Positions 12,242-25,391 are shown, counted from the first letter of the stretch. The stretch is 64,000 nucleotides of DNA from Phyllosticta citribraziliensis (GCF_038025025.1 NW_027117346.1:868001-932000); one strand, 5' to 3'. Made by a program: numbers and translations. Notes: a model not told the origin generated them from the sequence alone.

Positions 12242-13861
12242 TCACTCGATTCCTCCACCACTCACAGCCCGGCTTCTCCTCGACACCCTGCTGCTCTTCT
12301 TCTTCTTGCTCTCCTGGGCCCAGCCCTTCCCACTCGGTCCATGAAACAAGACCATGTGCACAGGCGGCCACCCACAGCAGAAGCGGCTCTTTTCAGGCTT
12401 GCGGCGGCCGCAGCTTGCGCACTGCAGCACCAAGCTCCGACTGCCGCTGACCGGCGAGCAAGACCTAGACTCGAGCCCTTTGCGCGTCAAGACGGCCGCG
12501 CTCTCGCTGCGGCGCCGCTCCAGCGCTGCCATCATGAGGGCTGCCGCAGCTGGCGGGGTCCGCGGCGGCGTGTCTGGGTTCATGTAGTCGCGGCCGCGCG
12601 AGCTGGATGCCGGCGAGCACGGCGCCGCCATGGCCGACGCACGACGCGTGGCGTGGGCATACGGCGAGGGCGAGCGCATGTATGAAGAGGACGAGGCAGA
12701 CGTGGGTGGCAAGGGGCGGAAGTACGACGAGTGGTTAGGAAAGGGGGTCAGAGGAGACGGGGTGTAGGGACGTCGTGACCCAACTCCTCCACTTCCCGGT
12801 AGGTGCAGATGCATCGGGCCAGGCGTGTTGGGAGCGGTGCCAGGGCTCTCAGGGGCCGGCGTGTTCTCTTCGTCGTATGAGGGCAGGCGGGCTAACAAAG
12901 GGCAAAAGCTACCCCACGACGACGACAGTGTGGGCGCGGCGGGTGCGCTGGCTCGCCTGTGCACGCCGCCTCCAGCAGCGCTGTCTCCAGGAGTCGTTGT
13001 CGAGAAGCCCTTGCCAGCCGTGACGGTAGACGAGGAGCTAGAAGAAGAGTCGGTGGCTGAGGATGACACCGTGGTGGTCGACGACGAAGACCCAGACGAC
13101 GATGAAGACGACGACGATGTTGAGAAGGACGATGAGAAGGTCAACGTGGCGTACGATGGGCGGCCGTGGTTGCTGGACGCCACGACGTCGCGGTAGTCGA
13201 GCTGCTGCTGCTCCTCTTCACTGGCGATGCGGCGAAGCCCAACAACCTCGCCGCCGCCGCCATTTTCGCCTGTCTTGCCATGATCCGTTGTCCGTCGTGG
13301 CGAAGCAAAAATGTCCCGCGCCTCGCCTTCTGCCTCATCCTCTTCGTTCGCCTCCACTCCCTGCTCTTCCTCCTTCGCCGCCTCACTTCCCTCGCATAGC
13401 CGCTGTGTCTGCAGCAGCGCCGGCGCAGTCACCAGATGTCGATGCTGTTGGGGCCGCAGTGGCTGCGGCGGCACTCGACAGTCGGGCAGAGGCGCCGCCT
13501 CCTCGCCGCCGTCGTCCAACCGCGCATGTGGGCAAATAGACGACGGGCACCGCGTCCGCTGCTGTTGCTGCTGTGCAAAGCGGTACGTGCTGGAGTGATA
13601 AGAACCAAAACGGCGGTGGTGGTGTTGGGGAGAAGCAGCGGGCGGAGCAGTAGGAGCGGGAGCAATTGTCGAAGGATTGTTATCCCACGCCAACGCCGGC
13701 GCCGACGGCGTGACGGACATGGAGCGCAGCGCGGCGTCGAGCGTGGTGAAGGAGCTGAAGGACGTCGTTCGGCTCTGTCGGCGCGACGACTGTTGCTGTT
13801 GCTGTTCTTGGCCCGCTGTCGTCTTCGACGGCACTTCCGAGCCTGGCAGTGCTGGAGCCAT
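12242..13861 (-). CDS. Hypothetical low-complexity (Ser/Gln/Pro-rich) protein
   Basis: Uninterrupted ORF of ~540 codons from ATG 13861 (context CAACATGG). Its trinucleotide repeats (poly-Q, poly-S) keep frame. No recognisable domain. Confidence 0.5.
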   Translation of the reverse strand: MAPALPGSEVPSKTTAGQEQQQQQSSRRQSRTTSFSSFTTLDAALRSMSVTPSAPALAWDNNPSTIAPAPTAPPAASPQHHHRRFGSYHSSTYRFAQQQQQRTRCPSSICPHARLDDGGEEAAPLPDCRVPPQPLRPQQHRHLVTAPALLQTQRLCEGSEAAKEEEQGVEANEEDEAEGEARDIFASPRRTTDHGKTGENGGGGEVVGLRRIASEEEQQQLDYRDVVASSNHGRPSYATLTFSSSFSTSSSSSSSSGSSSSTTTVSSSATDSSSSSSSTVTAGKGFSTTTPGDSAAGGGVHRRASAPAAPTLSSSWGSFCPLLARLPSYDEENTPAPESPGTAPNTPGPMHLHLPGSGGVGSRRPYTPSPLTPFPNHSSYFRPLPPTSASSSSYMRSPSPYAHATRRASAMAAPCSPASSSRGRDYMNPDTPPRTPPAAAALMMAALERRRSESAAVLTRKGLESRSCSPVSGSRSLVLQCASCGRRKPEKSRFCCGWPPVHMVLFHGPSGKGWAQESKKKKSSRVSRRSRAVSGGGIE

Positions 13862-14945
13862 GTTGCGTGCGTGGGTGCGAGCGTGCGTGTGAATGTAGCA
13901 AGGTATCGAGTCCCGTACGTAGTAGGTATGTAGGTAGGTACCAGACAGACGTCCGTAGCTAGCAAGCAAACGAAGAAGACAGCAAGGCCCTCCAGTCTTT
14001 CTTATTTCCCTTCTTCTTTCATAAATCCTCTTTCATCCGGAGCCCCCTCCTCTCTCCAAGCTTATGTACATATCAAACCTACCCCACGATCACCGATGCC
14101 GCAGTGTTCACTCCGGAAAGAGGTCGCGATCGGACTCAGATTCCACCCGACGCAGCAGGCGCGTTCTTTGTTGACAGAGTAGAGACACTATTTCCGACCA
14201 GTGGCGAGTGGCCGTGGCCCGGCACATGCCTCTGGCAGAAAAGGCATCGCGATGCGGCTCCCGCATGACACTTGCATCGAAGATGGCCCATGGCATTCTC
14301 GCGCACGCGAGTGCCAATGCGACCGTAATGTGTCTATCACGACGGTCGATTGAGCGATATGGGTCAAAAAGGGCATCCAGCAGGCACGCGAGAGCCAATG
14401 CAGCCATGACATGTCTACGGCAAAGGTCGATGTGGGCGATGTGGACGGTTTGGCACAATTAAGCTTGTTCGAGCACTGCAAGAGAATAAAACCCGGTAGA
14501 TAAGTCTATCTGGTGCCTGCGCTTGTCGCAGCATGCACTAAAGTCTCGCGCAAACTCTCAAACTGGCCCCTGTCTGTCCAAAGGGGCGACTCAAACGAGA
14601 TCAAAAAGCCGGAATGAGTATGGATAAGTCGTGAACTTGCCGAAGATAATATCTCCTCCTGCTTTCATGAACGTCGCAAAAAAGCGACGGAAAGCAGTCC
14701 CAAGACGTGATGGTGTGAAAAAAGTGGATGGTGGGGGTATCAGAGAAGATGACATGGATGGGGATATAATGTGATCCCGCCGGTGCAAAGACGCGAACTG
14801 GGTCAAAAAACGGAAACGGAAGCACAAAGGGGCAGGGCAGGGCGGACTGACACCGGCCCAAGCCGAAACAGTAAACCGAAGGTTGTGTCCCAAAACAGGC
14901 TCCCCAAAACGCCCCTCATACATATCCAAGAACGCCGCTGTCGTG

Positions 14946-14964
14946 ATGTGTGTGTGTGTGTGTG
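14946..14964. repeat. (TG)n microsatellite
   Basis: tgtgtgtgtgtgtgtgtg read directly. Confidence 0.9.
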
Positions 14965-15279
14965 CGTGTCCCAGCCGTCAGAAAAAGCGGGGAAATGTGC
15001 GAAATGTTCCACCGTGTGCGAGCTTGCCGCCAGAAGTTTGTCCTGGAGCAGCTTGGAAGAAGAAACCGAAAACGCCTTACCGTCCAGAATATGCCGAATT
15101 GATGAAATGAAAATGCTCCGAACAGTCTGTAATAGCTCCCCAAACACCGTCGTGTCGACAAAGCGTAGAATCTCGACAAGAATCCACTGTTCAAAAGCTT
15201 CTTCGGGAATGGTCTCAGAGTTTCACACGGTCAGCGATCGGCCGGCGAACTGCTGCATGCGTCGTACTCGTGCTCGCCA

Positions 15280-16452
15280 TTACTGGTCGAACTCGATGAC
15301 GCTGCCGAGGTACTTTTGGAAGTGGTGAGGCTTGAACCAGCCAATGCGATCATATGCCGACCACAGCTTGCTCGCCTTGTTTACATCAATCTTGCAGGCC
15401 TGCTGCGCCTTGGTCTTGTTGAAATCCTCGCCCTTTTGGAGGGCCTTGACGCGGGCAGCAAAGATGCGGCGCTTGTTGGCAATGTAGGTCGCGCAGCTGA
15501 GTCGCAAGACGCCCGCCATGATGAGCTCCGAAGGGTGGAGAAGCTCGCGGTCCGGGTCTGTCGAGAGGTCGAGGGGCGGGCCTTTCCAATCCGTCTTCAT
15601 AATCTTCCTGCCATCTTCGGGCAAAGTAGACAGAGGTGGCGAGTAGTCCGGAATTGAGCGGAAATCGACGTCATCCCGAGCGGTCACGACTCTCGGTGCT
15701 TTGGGTGTGGCGGCAGGCTTGACTTCGAACGAGTCAAGAGGGACCGCCTTGGGGGTTCGCTTAGTGGCGCGAGGCGCGCGAGGGACTCTGGCGGTGGCGG
15801 GCTTTGTCTTGCGAACGCCAGCAGGCGCAGGTGCCAATTGCTTCAATGGCTTGCTCCTCTGCTTGTTGCCTGCTCCGCGGCCATAGACGTGCCAGGTGGC
15901 GCGCTCGTTTCGCAAGTACTCCCTGGGATTCCTGGAATAGAGGTCGAGAACGCAAGACCTGAAGGAGATGGCCAATTCGTAGTCGGACCTGGAGGGAAGG
16001 ACCGAGGGGTGGCGGGGAGCCGTGGCGGCGATGTGCTGCGAGATGATGTTGTCGTGCTCAGGAGTCGAAGAGGTGCTTGGGAACAGGGGGGCGGTGGTGT
16101 CGATCCTGTCACCGCTCGTGGACGGAGGGAACAGAGGCGGGTCCCTGCTCGTGTCCTCTACCACCGAGCCCTGAGAGTCCTCCTTGTGTGTTTGCTCATA
16201 GGGCGAAACAGGTGGAGAGGGAGGCAGGCCTTGGGTCGAGGCGCGCACGTTGCTGGGAACCGCGTGGACGGTCGTGTGCCTGATGGAGTCGGCAAAGGGC
16301 GAAGATTTGGCAGGTTCCGGAGCAGAGGCGACATGGTTGGGAATTGGCGATCTGGAGAAGCTGTCGGAGCGCTTCATTTCGGGCGGTGAGAGGAGCGAAG
16401 AGACGGAGAAGAGTTTGGCGGGCTTTTGAGTAGTTGGCGGGCGGGAGTCCAT
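15280..16452 (-). CDS. FUN19: SWIRM-domain protein (Fun19/YOR338W-like), ~390 aa
   Basis: C-terminal SWIRM: WKGPPLDLSTDPDRELLHPSEL..LRLSCATYIANKRRIF..AQQACKIDVNKASKLWSAYDRIGWF. The start is uncertain because the frame stays open upstream to ATG 16992. Confidence 0.88.
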   Translation of the reverse strand: MDSRPPTTQKPAKLFSVSSLLSPPEMKRSDSFSRSPIPNHVASAPEPAKSSPFADSIRHTTVHAVPSNVRASTQGLPPSPPVSPYEQTHKEDSQGSVVEDTSRDPPLFPPSTSGDRIDTTAPLFPSTSSTPEHDNIISQHIAATAPRHPSVLPSRSDYELAISFRSCVLDLYSRNPREYLRNERATWHVYGRGAGNKQRSKPLKQLAPAPAGVRKTKPATARVPRAPRATKRTPKAVPLDSFEVKPAATPKAPRVVTARDDVDFRSIPDYSPPLSTLPEDGRKIMKTDWKGPPLDLSTDPDRELLHPSELIMAGVLRLSCATYIANKRRIFAARVKALQKGEDFNKTKAQQACKIDVNKASKLWSAYDRIGWFKPHHFQKYLGSVIEFDQ

Positions 16453-16857
16453 TGTTTGCGACCAAGAGTTGGCAGAAGAGCGTAGGTCCAGCTGGGGAGG
16501 GCCGGGGGGTGTTTTAGGGCAGCAGGCGGCGCCGGGGAAGGTGCTGGAAGGCGTGCGCTGGAGGGACGGGGTGTTGCGTTGGTCGCTGAGGTGGCGAGCG
16601 ACTGGCTTGTTATAGGTACTGTAGCTGGAGCCAATAGGGGCAGGGTAGTCTTGGCCGGTCAGAAGTGGAATTAGGCAGAACCAGGACGGTCGGATTGATG
16701 GATTGAGAGAGGGAGGGAGGATGAGTGAGTGGGAGCGAGAGAGTCGGAGAGAGAGTTGAAGAAAGCTGAATCGGGAGCGAGCGCGATGGATGTGGCGGAC
16801 AAAGGCATCCTTATGAACGAAGGCACGCTTGGGCCGCCGCAGAAGGCTGAGAGGCTT

Positions 16858-16904
16858 AGGCTGGCTGGCTGGCTGGCTGGCTGTGGGCTTTGGAGCTGTC
16901 TGGA

Positions 16905-16938
<34 letters not shown>
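16858..16938. repeat. (GGCT)n and (CAGGCT)n simple repeats
   Basis: ggctggctggctggctggctggct followed by caggctcaggctcaggctcaggctcaggct. Confidence 0.85.
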
Positions 16939-16939
<1 letters not shown>

Positions 16940-17410
16940 AGGGAGCTTGGTCGATGACTGGAAGGAGCAGATGACTGCTGATTAGACATCATGCGGAAGC
17001 GTCGCTCGCACAATAGCCCAGGGCAGGACAAAGGACGAAGACGAGGACGAGGGCCGCCACGCGCCGCCCGCAAGGGTTACGAGGAGTGCGACAAGGCGGC
17101 AGATCGCTGGTGTCAACTGATAGGGACGAGTGGCAGGGCAGTCCATCATCAGGCACCTGAGGTGAGCCTCTGCTGACGAATGGCACTCGGGGACGGCGAG
17201 GGTGTGGCGGAGCGGTGCGCGGCGGCATGATGCCATGGATGGGATTGGCGATGGATGTGATTGAACCGGGTGCTGTGGGTGGATGGGATGAGGCGGCGCT
17301 GACTTGACTCCATCGATTGGAAAAGGTTGTGGCGGGACGTGGATGGATCATGGTGGAGGAGACATGACAGAGGCGCTAGCGAGGCGCATCCTTGGGGTTG
17401 AGGTGGTTCC

Positions 17411-17441
17411 ATTGCCCATTGCCCATTGCCCATGCTGATTA

Positions 17442-17472
<31 letters not shown>

Positions 17473-17482
17473 TCTCTCTCTC
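17411..17482. repeat. (ATTGCCC)3 plus (CT)n microsatellite
   Basis: Direct reading of tandem units. Confidence 0.9.
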
Positions 17483-20475
17483 ACATTCCTCTCTCATGGC
17501 CGCAATTGATGCCATTGACTCCCCATCTCAAAGCAGCCGTGTGACTGCAGGAATGCGCTCAATGCCCTCCCACGGCCAGGCCAACGAACCACGGTTGTGT
17601 CGCATCCCCACCTCCACCCACCCACTCACTCCACGGCCTCACCTCACGCCCCCAACACGCCCGCGCCAAAAACGACCAACGCGTCCGGCGACAGCCTAAA
17701 CACCATGGCAGCCAACAATGGCGCCTTGGCTCGCGTCGGGTGGCGCGGCCTGTCTCGAGACGCCGACCTGACTGACCCTTGGGTTTGATTTGCACGTGTA
17801 GCAGGACAAACCAAGCAACATCAACAACCAATTCCCGTCGCCGTCCGTCAATGCCTGCCCGCCTGCGCGCGACGAGAATGCAAACGGGGCAGCCATTGAC
17901 GGGCGCAGACTCTCGCAGTCTCGCACCCAACAAGCTCTGCTCCAAACGACTGGGCCCAAGAGCCTGCTGACCGGTTCCTCTCCCCTAACCCGTCGACGTC
18001 ATACCCGGTCCGTTTCTGGCAAAAAGGGCCTCCTCGTGGACTGCTGGTGCCAAAGGGCGCATGTGAAAGGGCTCCGAAACCTCCTCACCTGACGGCTTAT
18101 CGCTTCTTGTCGCCATGAGCCCGAGACATTCCAATTGCGATCATGGGGGCACCTCTGCCAGGCCTCTACCGCCGGCCATCTGCCCGCCCAAACACCTCTC
18201 CTCTCCCCCACACATCTGTGTTTGCTGCGCGACGGGCGGCTGCACGCCATCACCATACCATGACCATCTGGGTTGATAGGCCCCGCCCGTCGCCTCAGGT
18301 CGGCTGCAGAGGTGATCCGTGGGACCCTGCATCTTTTATCGTGCGCCTTCTGCGGGTGTGCTGCCCGCGCAAGCGGAGGCCTCGACCTGGACAACTCTTG
18401 ATTGCTGCTCGAGCTGCCGTCTCGGGCTAGTGGCCACAATCCAGACTGCCCCCAAGACCCTGGCTTCCATTCCCTCCACTGCCCAACTCCTCCATCACCA
18501 CCGACCGCAACTTCAACTTCATCGACAGCCGGAGCGAAAGGCGCCTCTGCCGCGGCCCCAATGTCGTCAAATACCCACGTGTGGGGGTGCGGTGCGGTTC
18601 GCGCCGACTCCCTCTACCGACACGGACACCAAGACGTCAGGTCAGGCCCCCCTTTCGAAAAAAAGACGTCAAACATCCTCCATCTGGGCTGCTCTTGCAC
18701 GCGCCCCTCTGCCTCTCCCTCTGCAGTACGAGGCTGTACAGATCGGTCCCGTCCATGCATGTCAATTAAGATTGCTGCAGGCGCGCTGTCGCACAGGCCT
18801 CTGGCTTGACAGAGGCCACCAGGTAGGTCGCCTGTGGGACCACCCAGTCAGGACACAGTCTCTTGCCCTCTTTTTTTTTTTTTTTCTTCGTTTTTTTTTC
18901 TCTTCGCTTCTTCTCCAGCCTTTTCGCCGTCGGAGCCCCGGTTTTCAGAATTTTCAATTAGGTTGCAGCCGCCGGTTGCTGGTGCCTGAACCCTGTCGGC
19001 CCCGAGTGAGTCAGTCAGTCTCCATCCCACTACTACAACACCATCCAAGCCTTCACGGTGGGTTCCACAGCATCTTGCTGCTCGCATTCGCAACCTCTTT
19101 TCCAGGCTCACTGCCTCTTTTTTCTTCATCACATGGTCACCGTTGACCTTGTCCTCTCCCCAACGGCACACCCGCGGCAGCATGCTTTGCACGGCATCCG
19201 CATTTGCAGCGGAGAATTCCTCCCCGCATTGAACCCGTCCGCACAACTGCTTTGCTCAACCACCATCTACCTCGGAATACCTGCAATCCACCCACAATTG
19301 CCCTCCTCCCCGGTTTCCGCAGCCCTGTTGGTGCGACAGGCCCTTTACAGTAGTCTACTCTACGCTTCCCAACATCACCTGCCCCTATCTGCTGCTTCAA
19401 GACCCTCACACTGCCTCTGATTCGCGTTGCCCAAATCGGCTTACCCAGACGCTTGGGACCGCTCAACGCTTCCCGCGCCGCTAACTCAACCACCATCACC
19501 ACCACAACCATGACCATGACCTCACAGATGGCCAATTTCCCTCATCAACACCATGCAGGAAATCATCGCCCGCCTCTCCTCTTCCATCAAGATCACTGCC
19601 ATGGAATGACCAATCGCCTCTGCTGCGCCGCCATGGTTGCGCCGCCAGGCAACCACATAGTTCAATCACCTCGCTTCAACACACCCATTTGCTGCGCATC
19701 CCAGTCCATCTTGTTTCCTGTCGTCCATCCTTCCCGTTCTTCCGAGACACACAACCATCCTATTTGCCCCTACCCAACACCACACGAAGGGGCGGCCAGG
19801 CCAGTATCGCCACTTTTCTGGTCTGGCCGGCCATGATCCGTGCAATCAACTCTTCCCCCTCCTCCTTCTCCATCATCTAAATTGTACTGTACCTCCATTT
19901 TTGGCCCTTGTGCACCTGGCGTCGCACCGCCGCGCTGCAGCGCTGCAATCACGTACATACAGACGCCGTGTCTCTGTTTCTCCCTCTCCGTCCCTCTCCT
20001 TCTCTCTTTCTCTCCTCAACCATGTCATGTCCACTTCTGTCCTGTCTCTGACCCCGGCCGCACACGAGCGAGCACATACGGTGAGAGAAGCCGAGAAGCC
20101 GGGGTCCGTCTTGCATCTGGCGTTGTGTCGGACGGGGAGAGACCACCACCACGCATACACACAGACATACAGACATGTCAGGACCCCCCGCCCACCCGCC
20201 GACCGGTCTGGAGGCCATGGGGTACATGCGTACATACCGTGTGTATCTCTCGGTCTGTCTCTGTCTTTACACGCCTGCCGTGCGCTCGGACACACGCTTT
20301 TGACAGTCCGGATGCCTGCCTCCTCCTGCTGCACACCATCGATGTTGACGATGATGGCTGCCGGACCGGCCGCCTCCCCTCATTCAACGACGCATCGCAC
20401 GGCGGCCCGCGCAGAGCAGGGCAGGGTCAACGGCTGTATGTATGTGCCGCGGAGATCGGGGTCAGACGAGAGGCG

Positions 20476-20500
20476 GCATGGCATGGCATGGCATGGCATG
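20476..20500. repeat. (GCATG)5 pentanucleotide repeat
   Basis: gcatggcatggcatggcatggcatg. Confidence 0.85.
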
Positions 20501-23304
20501 ATTGTCGATCTCGTTTGCTACCTGCGTGCATCCTCCTCATGTAGGTGCGCGCATGGACGTATGTTTGCTGTGTGCGCGAGATGTGGTTGTGGATGTAGTA
20601 AGAAAAGCGGTGGGCGATTGCGATGTGATGTGATTGCGGGATGAGATGGAGATGGGGGAGTGGGGGAGGGGTGAGGAGGAGATGAGGAGACCCGTAGAGA
20701 ATGACATGATGGGAGGGGAGAGAGGTAGGCGGGAAAGGAGGGCGGCGTTTTGATGGTGAGGTAGGTTGGCAGGCAGTTTCGCCTGCTCATCACACCTTCG
20801 AGAAGGACGACCACTCGCTCACAGACCAGAAGCATCAATATATCTACACGTACTGTCGACGAGTAGCATACACACCCATCACCCTCTCGTCAGACAGCTA
20901 CCCACCCACTAGCTATCTTCATTCATGTTTGAAGAGGTGACGAAGGTGGAGAAGATAGTTGAGAGGTTCTGGTAGACCTGGCTACCCATCTACAAACAAA
21001 TCTGTCTGTCTGTATGCCCAACACCCATCATGCCACCGCGAGCGCACCACGTCGCTCCAAAAAGCGAAAACCAGTATGAGAATAACCAAGCGCAAGCGCA
21101 AGCGCGCGGCAACCTCTACAGCATCCAACCGCTCCTACCTGCTCTATCTAGCTGCGCTTCACTGACTGCACATGGACATATCTCGCCCACCCAGAACTCC
21201 GATGTTTGCGAATCATTAGATTTCAGCGAGCGGGCAGCAGATGGAACAGCACACAGGATAGCACACAAGAGATTCAAGTCAGGCTCAACTACCGACTCAA
21301 TTACCTCACCATGCCTACATGCCTACAGCGGCAACTCAACACATGGCCGTTCATTCGAGAATTCCTGGTCAGTGCTGCCAACTGACCGCAGACGCCGAAC
21401 CGGCGGGGTACGCGGGAGAAGAGAAGTAGGAAAAAGAATAGGCACAGGAGGAAGGGGGAAAGAAAAAAAAGTAAGGCAGAAAGAGGGAAAAAAGAAAAGA
21501 ACAGGGGAGGGAAGGGCATGAGCGATGGTTCTTCGGTGCCAGATACTAGCGATCTAGCCTTGCAACTGGAGTAAGCCTGTGTCCTATGCCATGTCCCCTA
21601 CATGTGTTCGCATATACCCACCATCGCAATCTTCCCTTTCCTTGCCTATTTTCTCCACGGTTTTCCTTTTCCCCGCCGCCGCCGCCGCCGCCGCCACACC
21701 GCCACGTTCGGCGCCCTCAAATACTTACTTGCTTTTGGCCCCTCGGAACCCGACACCTTGTCCTCGGTTTTGGATCAGTTCGGTACGCGCTGGAGCGGCT
21801 TGCGCGCATTGGACACTGCCTTGGTTGCAAGGAGCGTCGATTGGCGAGCTGCTATGCTGTGCCGTGCCCCGTCGGTCTTGTCAGAGGAGAGAATGGGCAT
21901 GGAGTGAAGGTATAGTGTGGTGTAATTACTTGCTTCCCAGATACACGCATCGCGGAATATTCTTGATGGGGGTAGATGGACGGTTGAACGAGTTGAGGAG
22001 GAGGAGGATGAGGAGGGGCAACAACACGACGATGCAAACCCATTCATCGATCAATCGGTCATTGCAGCGGCGACGGCGTCCAGCAGAGCCCAGCCCGGCG
22101 CAATCCAGCCCACTATGCATGTACGACGGGAGGCGGCAGTAAGGCCAGGGCAGGACCGAGCAGAGTAGGCTAGCAAAGGGACGATTTCGAAAAGTGCAAG
22201 GACTGCGCTGAGACGAACATCTGGCGGTGAGTGAGTGTGTGGGTGGCATTGATAGTAGCATTGCTGATGGCATGCCCAATGATGCAGAGAGAGATGGAGA
22301 TGGAGAGAAGGAGACAACGCCGAAGAAAAAGAAAAGAAAAGGACCAAATGGGAAAAGATAAGAAGGCAAGGAAACACCTCCGGCCAGTCAGTCAGTCTGT
22401 CGCCAAGCAGCAAGACGAAGCCAGGCAAAGCCTCGCAACGAGGATGATCGAATTATGGAAATGGTCCCATGAACAAAACGAATGATTTTCTTTTGCTTCC
22501 CCGTCGACCGTCGCCGCTGCCCATGTGCCATACCGCACATGGATGGCATGCCACCCAGCAATCCCTGCCGAGCTGATGATGTTGCTCCCGCCGTCGCTTG
22601 TCCCGTCCATGAAATCAGCAGCACGACGAGGACGACGACGACGCTTATCCCATGAGCTCAAAGAATAAGACAGCAGCACACCCTCATCCAGTGTAGCCAA
22701 GAAAGAAACAGGAAGAGGTGAAGAGAGGAAAAGGAAAACAGAGACGGAAACACCTCTTCAGTGCAACATGGGTTTGATTTAGATAGGGTGCCGCCTCCGC
22801 CAACACCAACCATTGCTTTTTTCTCTTCTCCGTTATCGACCGCGCGCCACATAAAAGAGAAGAAGAGAACGAACGCCCCCAGAAAGGCCCACCCCCTCTC
22901 CAAGCCTCAAAAATGAAGAGAACTGCCGCCTCCACCGCCAAAATTGCCCGCCCGCTCCGACGGCCCGTCAGCGGTGGGTTTGGCGGCGTGACTAAGCTAC
23001 GCCTCCGACCAGCCATGCCCACCTTTCATCTGGGAGGAGTGAGATGCAGCTGTGATGATCAATCCAGCCGAGGCGGAAAAAGGCGGAGGAGCATGACCAC
23101 GCCATCATCTATCAAGGCACCCGAATGCCCGGTCTTTCTCGGAAAGTAATGAAAGAAGAGGATTCCGTCCGCCGCGCTCTCCCGACGCATGTCCACCATC
23201 CACTCCAAGCCAAAGCTTCGGCGCAATCACATACTCGAGTGTCTGTCTCATTGCAAACCTGGCGTCGTGACAGAGTCGTTTGCTGTTTGGATAAACATGT
23301 GCTC

Positions 23305-24760
23305 TTAACCACGGCGACTACCACCAGCTCGGCCTAGCTTCAAGCGCTTTGCCGCGTCTGACTGACCGACTGACTTGACCGACTGGGTGTTGACAATTGG
23401 TTGGCTCTTGGGCGCAATTGTAAAGCTGCGCATCTGGGTCTGTTGACGTGCGCGGTCAAACATGGCTGGCGGTGCGAGAGCCTTGGCACGTGCAGCGGCT
23501 GCAGCTTGCTGCTGCGATGATGCCTTGACAGCAGTACGATCGGGAAGGCGCCTGCGGATTTCGGTTAGCATACTCCTTGAGATGGAATTATATGAGACAT
23601 ACGTAGGATCGTAAGCGGCCTCTGTAACCTCCTTCTTGCGGTAGTCATCGGACCGCTTGAGGATTGGTCGAGTCCACTCGGCCATCAGGCGCTCAGCTTG
23701 AGTCTTGATGCTGTTCTCTGGTCTCTTGCTCTTTGTGTAGAAGTGAATGACCTTTCCTATGCCACTGGCGACCAGCGAGTCTTTGGTGATGGGAAGTTTC
23801 GCCAAGGTAGCAAACAGCTCACGCTGAATATTGTATGCGGGCAGACTGCCGTCATTCAGCGGCTCCAGGAAGAAACGGACCGCCTGGAGCAAGTTGATGT
23901 CGGGATCCACCAGGTTATTCTGCAGATTGTTGCGGTTCAGAAGAGCGACCACTTCTGGCAGAAGCTTGAGCTTGTTGGTAGCAGGCAATCCGCGCTCACG
24001 GCCCTCGTTGTCAGCCTTTGCAGCGTCAGTCATGCGACGGCGCATGTCGTCAATCTCCGCGTCAGCTTGCGCTTCCAAGTCCTTTTCCCTCGTTAGCAAC
24101 TCAACAGTCAGATTTGCCATGGAGTACATCACTCACGATACCCTTCTGAACGCGGCGCTTTGTTTTTGGCTTCAAAGCAGCATCCATCTTTGCATCCAGC
24201 TCACGCTTGCGACGCTCATCGGGAGGTAGATTCTCCCAGTCCTCTGGCTCTGGGGTTGCCTTTTTCCTGCTCCTCCTCTCCCTCGGACCCGTCTCCACAG
24301 GAGTAGCACCAAGGTCATTCTCGTCTTCGCCGCGCCTCTTCCTGCTCTTCTTTGGCTTCTCTCTCCTGCTCTCCTTTCTCTTCTTCCTGCCTCCTTCACC
24401 GTCGCCATCGCGCTTCCTCTTGTGTACACCGATCAGATTGACGTTGCTCTCGTCCACCGCGATGGCCGGACGGTCTTCGATGGCGATGGCGTTGGGGTCA
24501 AAGTCCTCGAATTGTGCCTCGTCGACGTCTGATAGAACTGAATCTGCGTCGGACAGATCGTCTCCCTTGTTCTCAGCCTCCATGTCGCCCGTGCCTTCTC
24601 CAGCTTCCGTGAGCTCCATGTCTTGCTGCGGAGCTCCGATGGGTGGATTTGGGGTGGACGCCTCTTCGTCAATCTCGGGGCGGACAGGCTCTTGCGGGTC
24701 GTTGCCAGCTTCCGGCAGCGTGCTGGGGTCGGGAGTCGAGTCGAATTCAACGTCCTCCAT
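23305..24760 (-). CDS. IWS1: Transcription elongation factor IWS1/SPN1; 3 exons
   Basis: Acidic N-terminus, then the TFIIS-N-like IWS1 domain (LLQAVRFFLEPLNDGSLPAYNIQRELF..SGIGKVIHFY..WTRPILKRSDDY). Introns at 24082-24136 and 23552-23602. Confidence 0.93.
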
Positions 24761-25127
24761 GGTTGTCGCAGTATGGATATCGCAGCGTGGAACGGGTGCA
24801 GTCGTCAAAGGTTTCACAGAGCGATGTGAGAGCTTGGAGATTCAAAGCGTTCGATCGAAGGGTTTGTGGTGAGGTTGCGGTTGGTTGTCGTTGTGGGAGT
24901 TGAGGTACAGCGCGCGCCGAAGGAAAGTCGCTCCGCGTCGGCGGTTGTCCGTGCACGAGGCAGGTATGTAGTAGCCGCACCTAAAGCAGCATCACACGTC
25001 ATCTGCGGTCACTACTTCTTTGTCGCGCTAGGCTAGCAAGATTTCCGCGCAACCTCGCCGCAGCATCCAGCTCCAGCGCAGCGTCATCGTCATTTGCAAT
25101 TGAATCCCACTTCACAACACCACCACA

Positions 25128-25391
25128 ATGTTCGGAGGACGTGGGTCATCCAATCAGCCCTTTTTGCGTCTGTGCTAATCTGTCTTGTAGCCCCACCACC
25201 GCCCAGCAAGGCCGAGTTGGCCAAGCAAGTCAACGACGCAAACCAGACTCTCAACTTTGCCTACGCAGCCTGCACGCTCCTCTACCTTTGTAAGACTTGC
25301 CCGGAGCAAATCCCCGTGTAGCCTTGCTGACGGTATAATTTACTCAGCTCCCTTGGCCGTCGACTACGTCACAAGCTTCTTCGGCCGCTAG
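25128..25391 (+). CDS. TOM5: Mitochondrial outer-membrane translocase subunit Tom5 (~51 aa, 3 exons; only partly visible in the ORF track)
   Basis: Exons 25128-25140, 25191-25289 and 25348-25391 splice to MFGGPPPPPSKAELAKQVNDANQTLNFAYAACTLLYLSPLAVDYVTSFFGR*. This matches the fungal Tom5 pattern MFG..P..S.EE/AE..LYLSP..D.V. Confidence 0.88.
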
